A DNA stretch of 64,000 bases from Acidiferrobacter sp. (lineage in GTDB: Bacteria > Pseudomonadota > Gammaproteobacteria > Acidiferrobacterales > Acidiferrobacteraceae), in NCBI GenBank assembly GCA_027449165.1, contig DAIDMD010000050.1, positions 2,792-66,791 on the forward strand. The letters are read 5' to 3'. Made by a program: the position numbers and the translations under genes. The notes below the pieces were generated by a model. It saw nothing but the letters and a program-made list of their open reading frames with translations, did not search any database and was not told where the DNA came from. Shown in pieces: positions 51,384-60,677 of the stretch (within the stretch, counting starts at the first letter, position 1; each line of letters starts with the position of its first letter).

Positions 51384-52697
51384 ATGAGCGTGATCGTAGA
51401 TCGGCGCAACCTGGGGACGCGCTCCAGCGCCAACCAGGACCGCCTGCATAGGCGAGTGCGCGGACGGGTCAAGGCCGCGGTCGAAAAGCTCGCCCGCCAC
51501 CGCTCGCTCGATGACATGCTCGACACCGAACAGCCGATCGCGATCCCCACGAAGGATCTGCACGAGCCGAGTTTCCGCCGCGACCTGAGGGATGCCGCTT
51601 GGGAACAGGTCCTGTCGGGCAATAGGCAGTTCCGGCGGGGGGACCTCATACCAAAGCCCCAGGACGGCGATGGAGACGGCTCCGGGGACGAGGGCCCGGG
51701 CGCGCCCGATGGCCTCGGCGACGACGAGATCGCGATCGTGTTGTCGGCCGACGAGTTTCTCTCGGTGTTGTTCGACGGCCTCGAGCTGCCGAACCTGCGG
51801 CAGACGCGCACCGAGGACATCCAGGCGGAAGAGTGGCGGCGCGCGGGCTTCGTCAAAGAAGGCAGCCCGTCGCGCATGCATATCGGGCGGACGATGCGCA
51901 CCGCTCGGGCCCGGCGCATGGCCTTGCGCGCGCGCAAGAAGGAGGAGTTCGAGGCGCTTTCGCGGCAGGCCGAGACGCTCGAGGAGGAGATCCGGGTCCG
52001 GCAGGGCCACGGCGAGGATACGAGCATCGAGCGGTTCCGGCTGGCCGAGATCCGGGAAGAGATGAAGGTCCTGGAACGCAAGATCAAGGCGATCCCGTTC
52101 ATAGACGAGTCGGACCTGCGGTTTGCGCACATCGATCAGCAGCCACGGCCGATCACGAGCGCGGTGATCTTTTGCGTCATGGACGTATCGGGCAGTATGG
52201 GCGACATCGAGAAGGATCTCGCCAAGCGCTTCTTCCTGTTGCTGTATCTCTTCATACACCGGCAGTACCGGTCCGTGGAGATCGTCTTCATAAAGCACCA
52301 CGGCGAGGCTTCGGAGTGCACGGAGCAGGAGTTCTTCGGGGCCAAGGAGGGCGGCGGGACGCTAGTGTCCCCGGCGCTTCAGCTTGTCGAGGACATCATG
52401 GGGGAGCGGTTTCCGCCCGAGCATTGGAACGTGTACCTGGCGCAGGCCTCCGACGGTGACAACGCGCAAGACGACAATCGCGTCGTGCACGAGCGGGCGC
52501 TCGAGCTATTGCCGCAGTTACGCAACTTGTTTTATCTGGAGGTCAATCAGGATCAGGAGAGCGCGCTCCTCAAGCTCTACAAAGCGATGTCCCAGGACTT
52601 CCCGGAGCTCATGACGGTCCGGGCCAAGCGAACCGAGGACATCTATCCGCTGTTTCGATCGCTGTTTTCGCCAAGACAGGGGGCCGGGCATGGCTGA
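51384..52697 (+). CDS. yeaH: YeaH/YhbH (DUF444) protein
   Basis: IVDRR, MDVSGSM, GGTLVS, AQASDGDN. Confidence 0.93.
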   Translation: MSVIVDRRNLGTRSSANQDRLHRRVRGRVKAAVEKLARHRSLDDMLDTEQPIAIPTKDLHEPSFRRDLRDAAWEQVLSGNRQFRRGDLIPKPQDGDGDGSGDEGPGAPDGLGDDEIAIVLSADEFLSVLFDGLELPNLRQTRTEDIQAEEWRRAGFVKEGSPSRMHIGRTMRTARARRMALRARKKEEFEALSRQAETLEEEIRVRQGHGEDTSIERFRLAEIREEMKVLERKIKAIPFIDESDLRFAHIDQQPRPITSAVIFCVMDVSGSMGDIEKDLAKRFFLLLYLFIHRQYRSVEIVFIKHHGEASECTEQEFFGAKEGGGTLVSPALQLVEDIMGERFPPEHWNVYLAQASDGDNAQDDNRVVHERALELLPQLRNLFYLEVNQDQESALLKLYKAMSQDFPELMTVRAKRTEDIYPLFRSLFSPRQGAGHG

Positions 52698-54186
52698 CCG
52701 GGACGCTCTGCTCTTCACCGACAACGAATGGACGTTCGAGCGCATAGGGGCCGTCACCGAACGTATAGGAGAGGTCGCGGAACGCGAACTTGCCCTCGAT
52801 ACCTACCCGAATCAGCTCGAGGTCATTACCGCCGAGCAGATGCTCGACGCCTACGCCTCCACCGGCCTGCCCATGTATTACCCGCACTGGTCCTTCGGTA
52901 AGCAGCGGGCGATCGAGACCGGACAGTATCGACGGGGCGAGATGGGTCTTGCGTATGAGCTTGTCATCAACAGCAACCCCTGCATCAGCTATCTCATGGA
53001 AGAGAACACCATGGTGATGCAGACCTTGGTAATCGCCCATGCGGCCTTCGGCCATAACGCGTTTTTCAAGAACAACGCGTTCTTCCAGCAATGGACGGAT
53101 GCGGAAGGCATACTGGATTACCTCGAGTTCGCGAAGGGATACATCGCCCACTGCGAGGAACGCTATGGGATCGACACGGTGTCGGATGTCATCGATGCCG
53201 CCCATGCCCTGAACCGGAACGGCATCGATAGGGCGCGTCGGCCGCGGAAGCTCTCGACGCGCGACGAGGAGCGGCGCCGGCGCGAACGCGCGGCGTTCAT
53301 CGAGCGGCATCTTTCGGAAATCTGGCGGACTGTGCCCGGGGCGGCGGATAGCGTGCCTGTGGCCCAGGAAGAGCGTTTTCCGAGGGATCCTCAGGAGAAT
53401 CTCATCTATTTCATCGAGAAAAACGCCCCGAATCTGGAGACCTGGAAGCGGGAGATCCTGCGTATCGTTCGCAAGATCGCCCAGTACCTGTATCCGCAGG
53501 GGCAGACGAAGATCATGAACGAAGGATTCGCCTGCTTCGTGCATTACCACATTATGCATAGTCTGCACGCCATGGGGCTTATAGGCGATGGCGCCCTTCT
53601 CGAGTTCTATGCCAGTCACACGGCGGTCACCTACCAGCCCGACTTCGACAGCCGCCGCTATACCGGCATCAACCCCTATGCCCTGGGATTTGCGATATTC
53701 CAGGACATAAAGCGCGTGTGCCTGTATCCCACGGACGAGGATCGGGCGTGGTTCGCGTTCGCGGGCGATCCGGATTGGCTGAAGCATATCCACTTCGCGA
53801 TGCGCGAATTTCGCGACGAGAGCTTCGTCCTGCAGTATCTGTCGCCCAAGGTCATGCGCGACCTGCATCTCTTCGCCCTGGCGAACGACCCGAAGGCCGA
53901 CGCCTTCGAGGTGACTGCGGTGCATGATGACCAGGGTTACCAGTACCTGCGTACCGCGCTCGCCCGCCAGATCGCCGAGGCTGCCCGCCCCCCGGACATC
54001 GAGGTGGTCGCCGTCAATCGCTGGGGCGACAGGCACCTGCATCTTAAGAAGATGGACCCCTATCCTCTGGATCAGTCCGAGGCCAAAAAGACCCTCGATC
54101 ATATCGCCCGGTTGTGGGGCTATGATGTGCACCTGGACGCGGGCGACGTGGTCATGATCTCGCGGGCCAAGGCTGGCGCGGTCTAG
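52690..54186 (+). CDS. ycgB: SpoVR/YcgB-family protein
   Basis: YPHWSFGK, GLAYELVINS.PC, GHNAFFKNN, TKIMNEG. Confidence 0.93.
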   Translation: MADRDALLFTDNEWTFERIGAVTERIGEVAERELALDTYPNQLEVITAEQMLDAYASTGLPMYYPHWSFGKQRAIETGQYRRGEMGLAYELVINSNPCISYLMEENTMVMQTLVIAHAAFGHNAFFKNNAFFQQWTDAEGILDYLEFAKGYIAHCEERYGIDTVSDVIDAAHALNRNGIDRARRPRKLSTRDEERRRRERAAFIERHLSEIWRTVPGAADSVPVAQEERFPRDPQENLIYFIEKNAPNLETWKREILRIVRKIAQYLYPQGQTKIMNEGFACFVHYHIMHSLHAMGLIGDGALLEFYASHTAVTYQPDFDSRRYTGINPYALGFAIFQDIKRVCLYPTDEDRAWFAFAGDPDWLKHIHFAMREFRDESFVLQYLSPKVMRDLHLFALANDPKADAFEVTAVHDDQGYQYLRTALARQIAEAARPPDIEVVAVNRWGDRHLHLKKMDPYPLDQSEAKKTLDHIARLWGYDVHLDAGDVVMISRAKAGAV

Positions 54187-54193
54187 CGGCGCG

Positions 54194-55195
54194 TCAGGGT
54201 GCGCGCAATCGAATGGGCGGGGCGTCGAGCCGAGCCTCCTGGGCGCCGAGCAATCCCATGAGTTCCCGGAAGTGGCGGTCCTCCGAAAACCACGGGAAGG
54301 CGCGCGGGAACGCCGGGTCGTCCCAGCGCCGCGCGATCCAGGCGTTGTAATGCAGTAGGCGCAGGGTTCGTAAGGGCTCTATCAGGCGTAGTTCGGCGGG
54401 GTCGAAGTCGCGAAAGAGCGTGTAGCCCTGGATCAGGGCCGCAAGCGCCTCCTCCTGTTCGTCCGGCCCCCCCGGAAGCAGCATCCACAGGTCCTGGATT
54501 GCCGGACCGTTCAGACAATCATCGAAATCGACGATGGTGAGCGCCGAGCCGTTCGACAAGACGTTTCCGGCGTGGCAGTCGCCGTGCAGCCGCAGGATGG
54601 GGGCACCCACGCCCTCGAAGGCCGCGGCCACCGCCTCGCGCAGACGTGTGGCGGTGGCCAGGAACGCCGGGCGCATATCCGGCGGCAGAAACGGACAGTC
54701 CGCCAGGGTGGCGATGGCGGGATCGACGAACGTGGCCACGTCAAGCGTCGGACGCGCCCGAAAGCGCCCGGTTCCGGCAAGATGCAGGCGGCCGAGATGC
54801 CGACCCAAGGCGTTCTGTTCGCTTACGGTCTCGATGCATCCGGCGCGTCCGGGCCGCCACGGAAACACCGCGAAACGGTAAGGCCCCTCGCGAAAGAGCG
54901 TAGCGCCATCACGGGCCAGAGGCGCTACGGCCGGGATCTCGGCGGCCACGAGCTCTTCGAGGAAGCGGTGCTCTTCGCCGATCGCGGCATCGCTCCAGCG
55001 GTTCGGGCGATAGAACTTGATGGCCCAGGGGGTGGTCTCGGTCTCAACCTTGAAGACGCGATTCTCGTAACTGTTGAGGGCCTGGAAACCCCCCGTGGGC
55101 GCGAGTCCTACCGCCTCGGCGGCGCGCAGGATGAGCTCCGGTGCGAGATCGGCATAGGGAGTGGCCGCGGCGCAAGCCTTGGTGTCGGATGTCAT
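54194..55195 (-). CDS. srkA: Stress response kinase SrkA/RdoA (YihE)
   Basis: LNSYENRV, KFYRP.RWS, RLHGDCHAGN, DFDD, WDDPAFP.AFPWF. Confidence 0.94.
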   Translation of the reverse strand: MTSDTKACAAATPYADLAPELILRAAEAVGLAPTGGFQALNSYENRVFKVETETTPWAIKFYRPNRWSDAAIGEEHRFLEELVAAEIPAVAPLARDGATLFREGPYRFAVFPWRPGRAGCIETVSEQNALGRHLGRLHLAGTGRFRARPTLDVATFVDPAIATLADCPFLPPDMRPAFLATATRLREAVAAAFEGVGAPILRLHGDCHAGNVLSNGSALTIVDFDDCLNGPAIQDLWMLLPGGPDEQEEALAALIQGYTLFRDFDPAELRLIEPLRTLRLLHYNAWIARRWDDPAFPRAFPWFSEDRHFRELMGLLGAQEARLDAPPIRLRAP

Positions 55196-55284
55196 GCCGC
55201 AGTATAACGCGAACAGTGCCGGTTCGGGACCGGTTCGCGCGGTGTGCCGGACGATGTGCTTGCGCGGAAGTCCTGGGCGACGTA

Positions 55285-56634
55285 CTAGCGCATGGTGACG
55301 AGTTCCTCGGCGCTCGTGGGATGGATGGCGAGCGTATCGTCGAGGTCCTGTTTGGTGGCGCCCATCCTGAGGGCCACCGCGAAACCCTGCAGCATCTCGT
55401 CTGCGGCCTCTCCGATCATATGCAGGCCCACGACGCGTTCGTCGCGCCCGATCGTCACGAGCTTCATCGCGGTGCGGCGCGGGTCCGCACTGAAGGCCTG
55501 GCTCATGGGTGCAAATCGCGTCCGGTAGATCTTGACGGCGTCTTGGCCGTGGCGGTCGCGCGCCTCCGGCTCGGTCAGGCCGACGCTCCCGATCGGCGGG
55601 TGGCTGAATACCACGGTGGGAATGAGATCGTAGTCGAGGTGCCGGTCGGGTTGCCCTCCGAAGAGCCGATCCGCCAGCCGCCGGCCGGCGGCTATCGCAA
55701 CCGGCGTGAGTGCGGCGCGGCCGGTCAGGTCGCCGATGGCATAGACCCCGGGCACCGCCGTGTTCTGATAGAGGTCGGTCTCGACTATGCCCCCGGGCCC
55801 CGGCGTAAGGCCGGCCTTGTCGAGTCCGAGCACGTCGGTATTGGGGTGGCGCCCAACGGCCCATACGACGGCGTCGAGACCGCATAAGACCTCGCCGTCG
55901 CCATAGAGGAGGGTAAGCCCCGAGGCGTCGTTTTGGAGGCCCGCCACGCTCCGGTTGGGCAGAAGGTTGATCCCGGCGTTGGCCATGGCATCCGTGAGTC
56001 CCTCGCGGAGCATGGGGTCGAACGCCGCCAACAGGTGGGCGCCGCGCATGACGAGCGAGACGTCGCTGCCGAGTTGTCTCAAGGCGCAGGCGAGCTCTAC
56101 CGCGATGTAGCCCGCGCCCACGATCGCGACCCTACGCGGCCTTTTGGCGAGCGCAAAGAACCCGTCGGATGTCAGGCCCCATGACGCGCCCGGCACGTCG
56201 GGGACTACCGGCCGGCTGCCGGTCGCCAGCACGATGTGATCGGCCTGATAGCGGCCGCCTGCCACCTCTATCGTTCGTCCGTCGACGAACCGCCCGTGAC
56301 CGCGGACCAGGGTCACGCCGTTGTCCGCGAGTCCGGTCTCGTAGCGCCCGTTCAATTTGGCGATGTAGGTATCGCGGGCGCGTTTGTGCGTAGCCCAGTC
56401 GAAATTCCCGAGCAGCGGCGCGAAGCCGTAATCGAGGGCCAGTTGCGCGCAATGACGCAGATGGGCGGCGTTCCATAAGAGCTTCTTCGGTACACAGCCG
56501 ACGTTCACGCACGCGCCGCCCAGCGGCCCCCTCTCTATGAGCGCGCAGCGGGCCCCGTAGCGTGCCGCGCGGTTGGCGGTGGCGATCCCTCCGCTGCCGC
56601 CCCCCAGGATCAGGAGGTCGTAGTGTTTGGTCAT
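55285..56634 (-). CDS. gor: Glutathione-disulfide reductase
   Basis: [31 protein letters not shown]. Confidence 0.92.
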   Translation of the reverse strand: MTKHYDLLILGGGSGGIATANRAARYGARCALIERGPLGGACVNVGCVPKKLLWNAAHLRHCAQLALDYGFAPLLGNFDWATHKRARDTYIAKLNGRYETGLADNGVTLVRGHGRFVDGRTIEVAGGRYQADHIVLATGSRPVVPDVPGASWGLTSDGFFALAKRPRRVAIVGAGYIAVELACALRQLGSDVSLVMRGAHLLAAFDPMLREGLTDAMANAGINLLPNRSVAGLQNDASGLTLLYGDGEVLCGLDAVVWAVGRHPNTDVLGLDKAGLTPGPGGIVETDLYQNTAVPGVYAIGDLTGRAALTPVAIAAGRRLADRLFGGQPDRHLDYDLIPTVVFSHPPIGSVGLTEPEARDRHGQDAVKIYRTRFAPMSQAFSADPRRTAMKLVTIGRDERVVGLHMIGEAADEMLQGFAVALRMGATKQDLDDTLAIHPTSAEELVTMR

Positions 56635-56677
56635 GGCGCGGTTCCTCTCGGTGGCGCGATGGGTGCAATGCCTGGCG

Positions 56678-57421
56678 TCAAGCGAAGCCCAGGTAGCGTG
56701 CGAGATCGTCGGCGCCGCCGATGTGGTGCCCGCCGATGAAGATCTGCGGCACGGTGGACCGGCCGGTGGTCGCGCGCAGGGTCCGGGAGCTCACCCCTGT
56801 CCCCTGGCCGGTACGGATCTCCTCGAAGGCGATGTTGCGATCCTTGAGCATTTTCTTGGCGCGGAAGCAGTGCGGGCAGCCCTCACGGGTAAAGATGGTC
56901 ACGAATTCGGGCTCTTTGGCCTTGGGGTTTATGAAGCGGAGCATCGTATCGGCATCCGAGACCTCGAAGGGGTCACCCGGCTTGTCGGGCTCTATGAACA
57001 TTTTCGCGATCACCCCGTCTTTCACGAGCATCGAGTAGCGCCAGGAACGCTTGCCAAAACCGATGTCCGATTTGTCGACCAGCATGCCCATGCCGGCCGA
57101 GAACTCGCCGTTGCCGTCCGGGAGGAAGAGCAGGTTTTCGGCGTTCTGATCCTTGGCCCAGGCCTCCATGACGAAGGCGTCATTCACCGATAGGCATACC
57201 ACGGCGTCGACGCCGTTGGCCTTGAATACCGGAGCGAGTTCGTTGTAGCGGGGGACGTGGCTCGATGAGCATGTTGGGGTGTAGGCCCCGGGGAGCGCGA
57301 AGACGACGACGGTCTTGCCCTTGAATACGTCGTCTGTGCTGACATCCTTCCAGTCACTGCCGGCGCGGGTCTTAAAGACCACCGCCGGGACCCGCTGTCC
57401 TTCACGATTCGGGTGTTGCAT
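56678..57421 (-). CDS. Hybrid peroxiredoxin-5/glutaredoxin (PgdX/GarA-like)
   Basis: [26 protein letters not shown], Grx CPHC and TVPQIF. Confidence 0.94.
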   Translation of the reverse strand: MQHPNREGQRVPAVVFKTRAGSDWKDVSTDDVFKGKTVVVFALPGAYTPTCSSSHVPRYNELAPVFKANGVDAVVCLSVNDAFVMEAWAKDQNAENLLFLPDGNGEFSAGMGMLVDKSDIGFGKRSWRYSMLVKDGVIAKMFIEPDKPGDPFEVSDADTMLRFINPKAKEPEFVTIFTREGCPHCFRAKKMLKDRNIAFEEIRTGQGTGVSSRTLRATTGRSTVPQIFIGGHHIGGADDLARYLGFA

Positions 57422-58137
57422 GAGGCCTCCTTGTACGCATCTGCCGGGCCGACCTGGTTCGGCTCAGGCCGCCCCCGTCGAAGGGGGATTCTGCTGGGGG
57501 CGCCGACGCCCGTTCCCGGGGCGCTTCGCGGACACTAGGCGCCGGTATCGCCATCGTCCGAACTGAGTTTAGCAGAGGGCGGTGGTTGCGGCATCCGTCG
57601 GCATCGTGTTCTGCGAAAGGTCGTCGCCGGTGCAAGCGGCAGGTCCTTTGCCGGGCACGAGACGGGGTTTCGCGAGGCGCGACAGGCGAATGCGGGCATT
57701 GGGGTCATTCCATGAGCTTTGATGGCATATCCCCTGCCAGGAGCGGCCGAGGATACGGGCTGGACGCCATCGTCCGCCCCGGAACGCAACCGGGAAAGCG
57801 TCGCGGCCCTTATCCGCAAACTCGATCGACTGTCGCAGGGGGCGGTCCTTCGCGGGATAGATGGATGCGCCGGCCATGCGGATGGCTGCGGAGGGGCGAT
57901 ATTCATGGCAGGGTCGGGGCGCCGGTCAGTGGATCCCACGGTCCCGGAAACGCCCGGGACATCGCGGCCTCGCACAGGGGCGGGTTCCGCGACCCGCGGG
58001 TGGAGGAGTTGCCGATGCATGAGCGGGCCCTCGATTCGCGCGGCCGAGGGCCGCGAAAGCGCTCCCGGCATGCCCCACGCCATTGCAACGGCCGCTGGCG
58101 CACCCCTCGCGCGGGCCGGCGGGCACGTCTCCGACCC

Positions 58138-58398
58138 CTAAAGGTCATTATCGCCCTGTTTGTCGAGGGCGTCGCGGACCCGGCGGCGCGCGTCGGCGGA
58201 GAGGCGATCTTGCGGGCCGTCCGGGGAACCGGAACGGATCCGCTGTTCGAGGAATGCAATATCCCGCGCGTAGGCCCGGCAAGGCGGGCAGAGGAACAAA
58301 TGGATGCGCGTAGCCGCGCGCGCCCAACCCTGAAGGTTGGCGTCCCGGGCGCGCGAGACATTACGCGCCACATCCCGACAGCCCAGCATAAGGTTCAT
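58138..58398 (-). CDS. Zinc-finger (zf-HC2) anti-sigma factor
   Basis: CRDVA...HLFLCPPC; ATGA overlap with sigma gene. Confidence 0.85.
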   Translation of the reverse strand: MNLMLGCRDVARNVSRARDANLQGWARAATRIHLFLCPPCRAYARDIAFLEQRIRSGSPDGPQDRLSADARRRVRDALDKQGDNDL

Positions 58399-59003
58399 GA
58401 TCGGTCCTCGGGCCCGAAGCCCGCCTTTGTAAGGCATCGTCTGAGGGCGAGCCGCGCCCTGTGAAGGAGAACATAGGCGTTAGTCGCGGAGACGCCGGTA
58501 ATCTGACAGAGGTCGTCCAAGGAAAGCCCCTCGAGTTCGCGCAGCACGAATACCTCGGCCTGGGCGGCCGGGAGGACCTGCAGGCAGTCGCCGAGGTGCC
58601 GCCAGAATGCCTGGGCCGCGCTCTGCCGCAAGGGGTCACCCCACGTGGTCGCTTCCCGCCAGCGCCCGTCATCCCGGAAGACGATGTCTTCGATGTTCGC
58701 GTCCGCGCCGTCCTCCCGTATATCCGGCTCGATGCACTGATCGAGAGGGGAGTGTCGGCAGGTCCGCGCATGGTCGGCAAGTTTGTGTTTCAGGATGGCG
58801 AATAGCCAGGTCTTTTCGCTGGCCCGGCCGTCGGGCGGGCGGGTGCTGCGCAAGGCCCCGAGGAATGTTTCCTGGACCACGTCCTCGGCCGATTGGGGGT
58901 CGCGCAAGCGCAGGAACGCGTAGCGGTACAGGGCGTCGCCATGCGCGGCAAGCCACCGCTCGACGGCGGCGCGGCGTTCGCCCGCTTTCCATTCCTCCCC
59001 CAT
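58395..59003 (-). CDS. ECF sigma factor
   Basis: AEDVVQETFL, TWLFAILKHK, VLLHRARLALRRCL. Confidence 0.92.
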   Translation of the reverse strand: MGEEWKAGERRAAVERWLAAHGDALYRYAFLRLRDPQSAEDVVQETFLGALRSTRPPDGRASEKTWLFAILKHKLADHARTCRHSPLDQCIEPDIREDGADANIEDIVFRDDGRWREATTWGDPLRQSAAQAFWRHLGDCLQVLPAAQAEVFVLRELEGLSLDDLCQITGVSATNAYVLLHRARLALRRCLTKAGFGPEDRS

Positions 59004-59259
59004 ACTGACAGTATAGGGGAGTCGCCCGCCGGTCTGAAGCGGCCTCGTCGAGCGCTGCGGTCCGCGTAAGAACCGGGTACGGGGTGCGACTAAGGGGGTC
59101 GCGCCCTGCGGGGCGTGGCCGGCGTTCGGGGTGGTCGCGTCCAAGGGGAGGCGGCGCAGCGGGTATTTCGCGGCGCCGGGGGAGCGGTCGCCGGAGGGCG
59201 GCATGAAGAGGCCGGGGGCGTTACCGGAACGGGTTTGCTGGGCGGATTGGAGATCGTGG

Positions 59260-59871
59260 ATGAATCGAAAATGGTCGCAGCGACTGGATCTTACAAGAGC
59301 GCGTCGCGGGGTGATCGGCGTTCTGGCGAGTATCGTGCTCGCGCTGTCCGTGCCGGCCGCCCAGGCGTCTCTCGCGTTCGGGGCATCGAGCCCCCAGGCG
59401 ATCTGGCAGGCGGCGCGTCACCAGGCACACGCGGTCGACGAGGGGCATGGCCGGCACGCGCTCTTTGTCTTCGTAGACCCGAACTGCCCATTTTGTCATA
59501 CGCTTTTCGAGCAGCTGCAGCCCTTGATCGGGCCCCATGATTTGACCGTACATTGGGTCGTGGTCGGAATCCTTCGGGCGACGAGCGCCGGCAAGGCGGC
59601 CGCGATCCTGGGCGCGCGCGACCCGCTCGCGGCCTTGATGCGCAGCGAGAAAGGGTTTCGGCGAGGAGGCGGCGGCGGCGCGATCCGGCCGGTCCCGGTG
59701 CGCGGATCGGCGGCTGCGGCGCTTGCCGCCAACGATCATGTGCTTGCCATGACCGGTCCTGAACTCGTGCCGACCTTGGTCTATCGAAACGCTGCGGGTC
59801 AGGTAATTGTGCACCAGGGTGTGCCACTGGAGCCGCATGGGCTGCTCTGGACGGTCGACGCGATTCGTTGA
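59260..59871 (+). CDS. Exported DsbG/DsbC-like thioredoxin-fold protein
   Basis: Signal peptide, FVDPNCPFC, SAGKAAAIL, VPTLVY. Confidence 0.85.
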   Translation: MNRKWSQRLDLTRARRGVIGVLASIVLALSVPAAQASLAFGASSPQAIWQAARHQAHAVDEGHGRHALFVFVDPNCPFCHTLFEQLQPLIGPHDLTVHWVVVGILRATSAGKAAAILGARDPLAALMRSEKGFRRGGGGGAIRPVPVRGSAAAALAANDHVLAMTGPELVPTLVYRNAAGQVIVHQGVPLEPHGLLWTVDAIR

Positions 59872-60197
59872 GGGCGGCGAAGGGATGTCGGTGAGCGCGG
59901 CGGTTGGCATGGGCGCAGGCCCGCGCGCCAATGCCGAGGCCGTCTGATCCTGTGCCAGCGGCGAGCACGTCTTTACCCCGGGCAGCCTTTCGGCCGATAC
60001 CCTTGCACCGGTTTCCCTATACTATCCCTTGAGCGTCCATAGTGTCGGCCGGTCGTGGGGATCCACGGATTTCGTGACTGCGATGCGTCCTGCGCGTCTG
60101 GTCCGGGGCGGGGATTGTAGGCCGGCGCTTGTTTCCCGCGAGGCTGCAGGGGCGTGGCCCGGCCCTGGCGGCCTTGCCGGAGCGCGGCGGGCCGCGC

Positions 60198-60229
60198 TTG
60201 ACCTTATAGTTGCCTGTAAGGTGTAGACT
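60198..60229 (+). promoter_or_regulatory. MerR-type promoter/operator
   Basis: TTGACC-20-TAGACT with dyad ACCTTATAG-ttgc-CTGTAAGGT. Confidence 0.85.
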
Positions 60230-60251
60230 GACGTCTCCGGAGGGCAATGGC

Positions 60252-60677
60252 ATGGAGACGGTGACCATCGGTGTATTGGCAAGGCGGGCGGGCGTGGGGA
60301 CGGGGACCTTGCGGTACTACGAGACCCTCGGCCTGATCATGCCGGTCGGCCGCAGCCGCGGGGGATACCGACTGTATCGCGGCGATGAGCTGCGGCGGCT
60401 GCGCTTCATACGCCGTTCTCAGGAGTTGGGTTTCTCCCTCGACGAGGTGGCCGCGCTTCTCAAGCTGAGCGAAAGCCGTGGGGCGCGCGCTGCCGATGTG
60501 AAGCGTCTGACCCGCGAGAAGCTCCTGGACATCAGTCGGCGTATCCGCGACCTCGAGCGTATGAAGCACGGGCTGGAGCGCCTGAACGAACAGTGCCACG
60601 GCCGAGGTCCGGCCTCCGAGTGCCCCATCCTGGCGGCCTTGAACGCCGAGGAAGCCAAAGAGGCGGCGGCGTCATGA
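60252..60677 (+). CDS. MerR-family metal-responsive regulator (CueR-like)
   Basis: [34 protein letters not shown]. Confidence 0.9.
   Translation: METVTIGVLARRAGVGTGTLRYYETLGLIMPVGRSRGGYRLYRGDELRRLRFIRRSQELGFSLDEVAALLKLSESRGARAADVKRLTREKLLDISRRIRDLERMKHGLERLNEQCHGRGPASECPILAALNAEEAKEAAAS

Noticed and set aside
57430-58130. Possible small gene(s) between Prx-Grx and the anti-sigma (e.g. 57719-58141)
   Set aside because: No recognisable motif or RBS; overlapping candidates are equally weak
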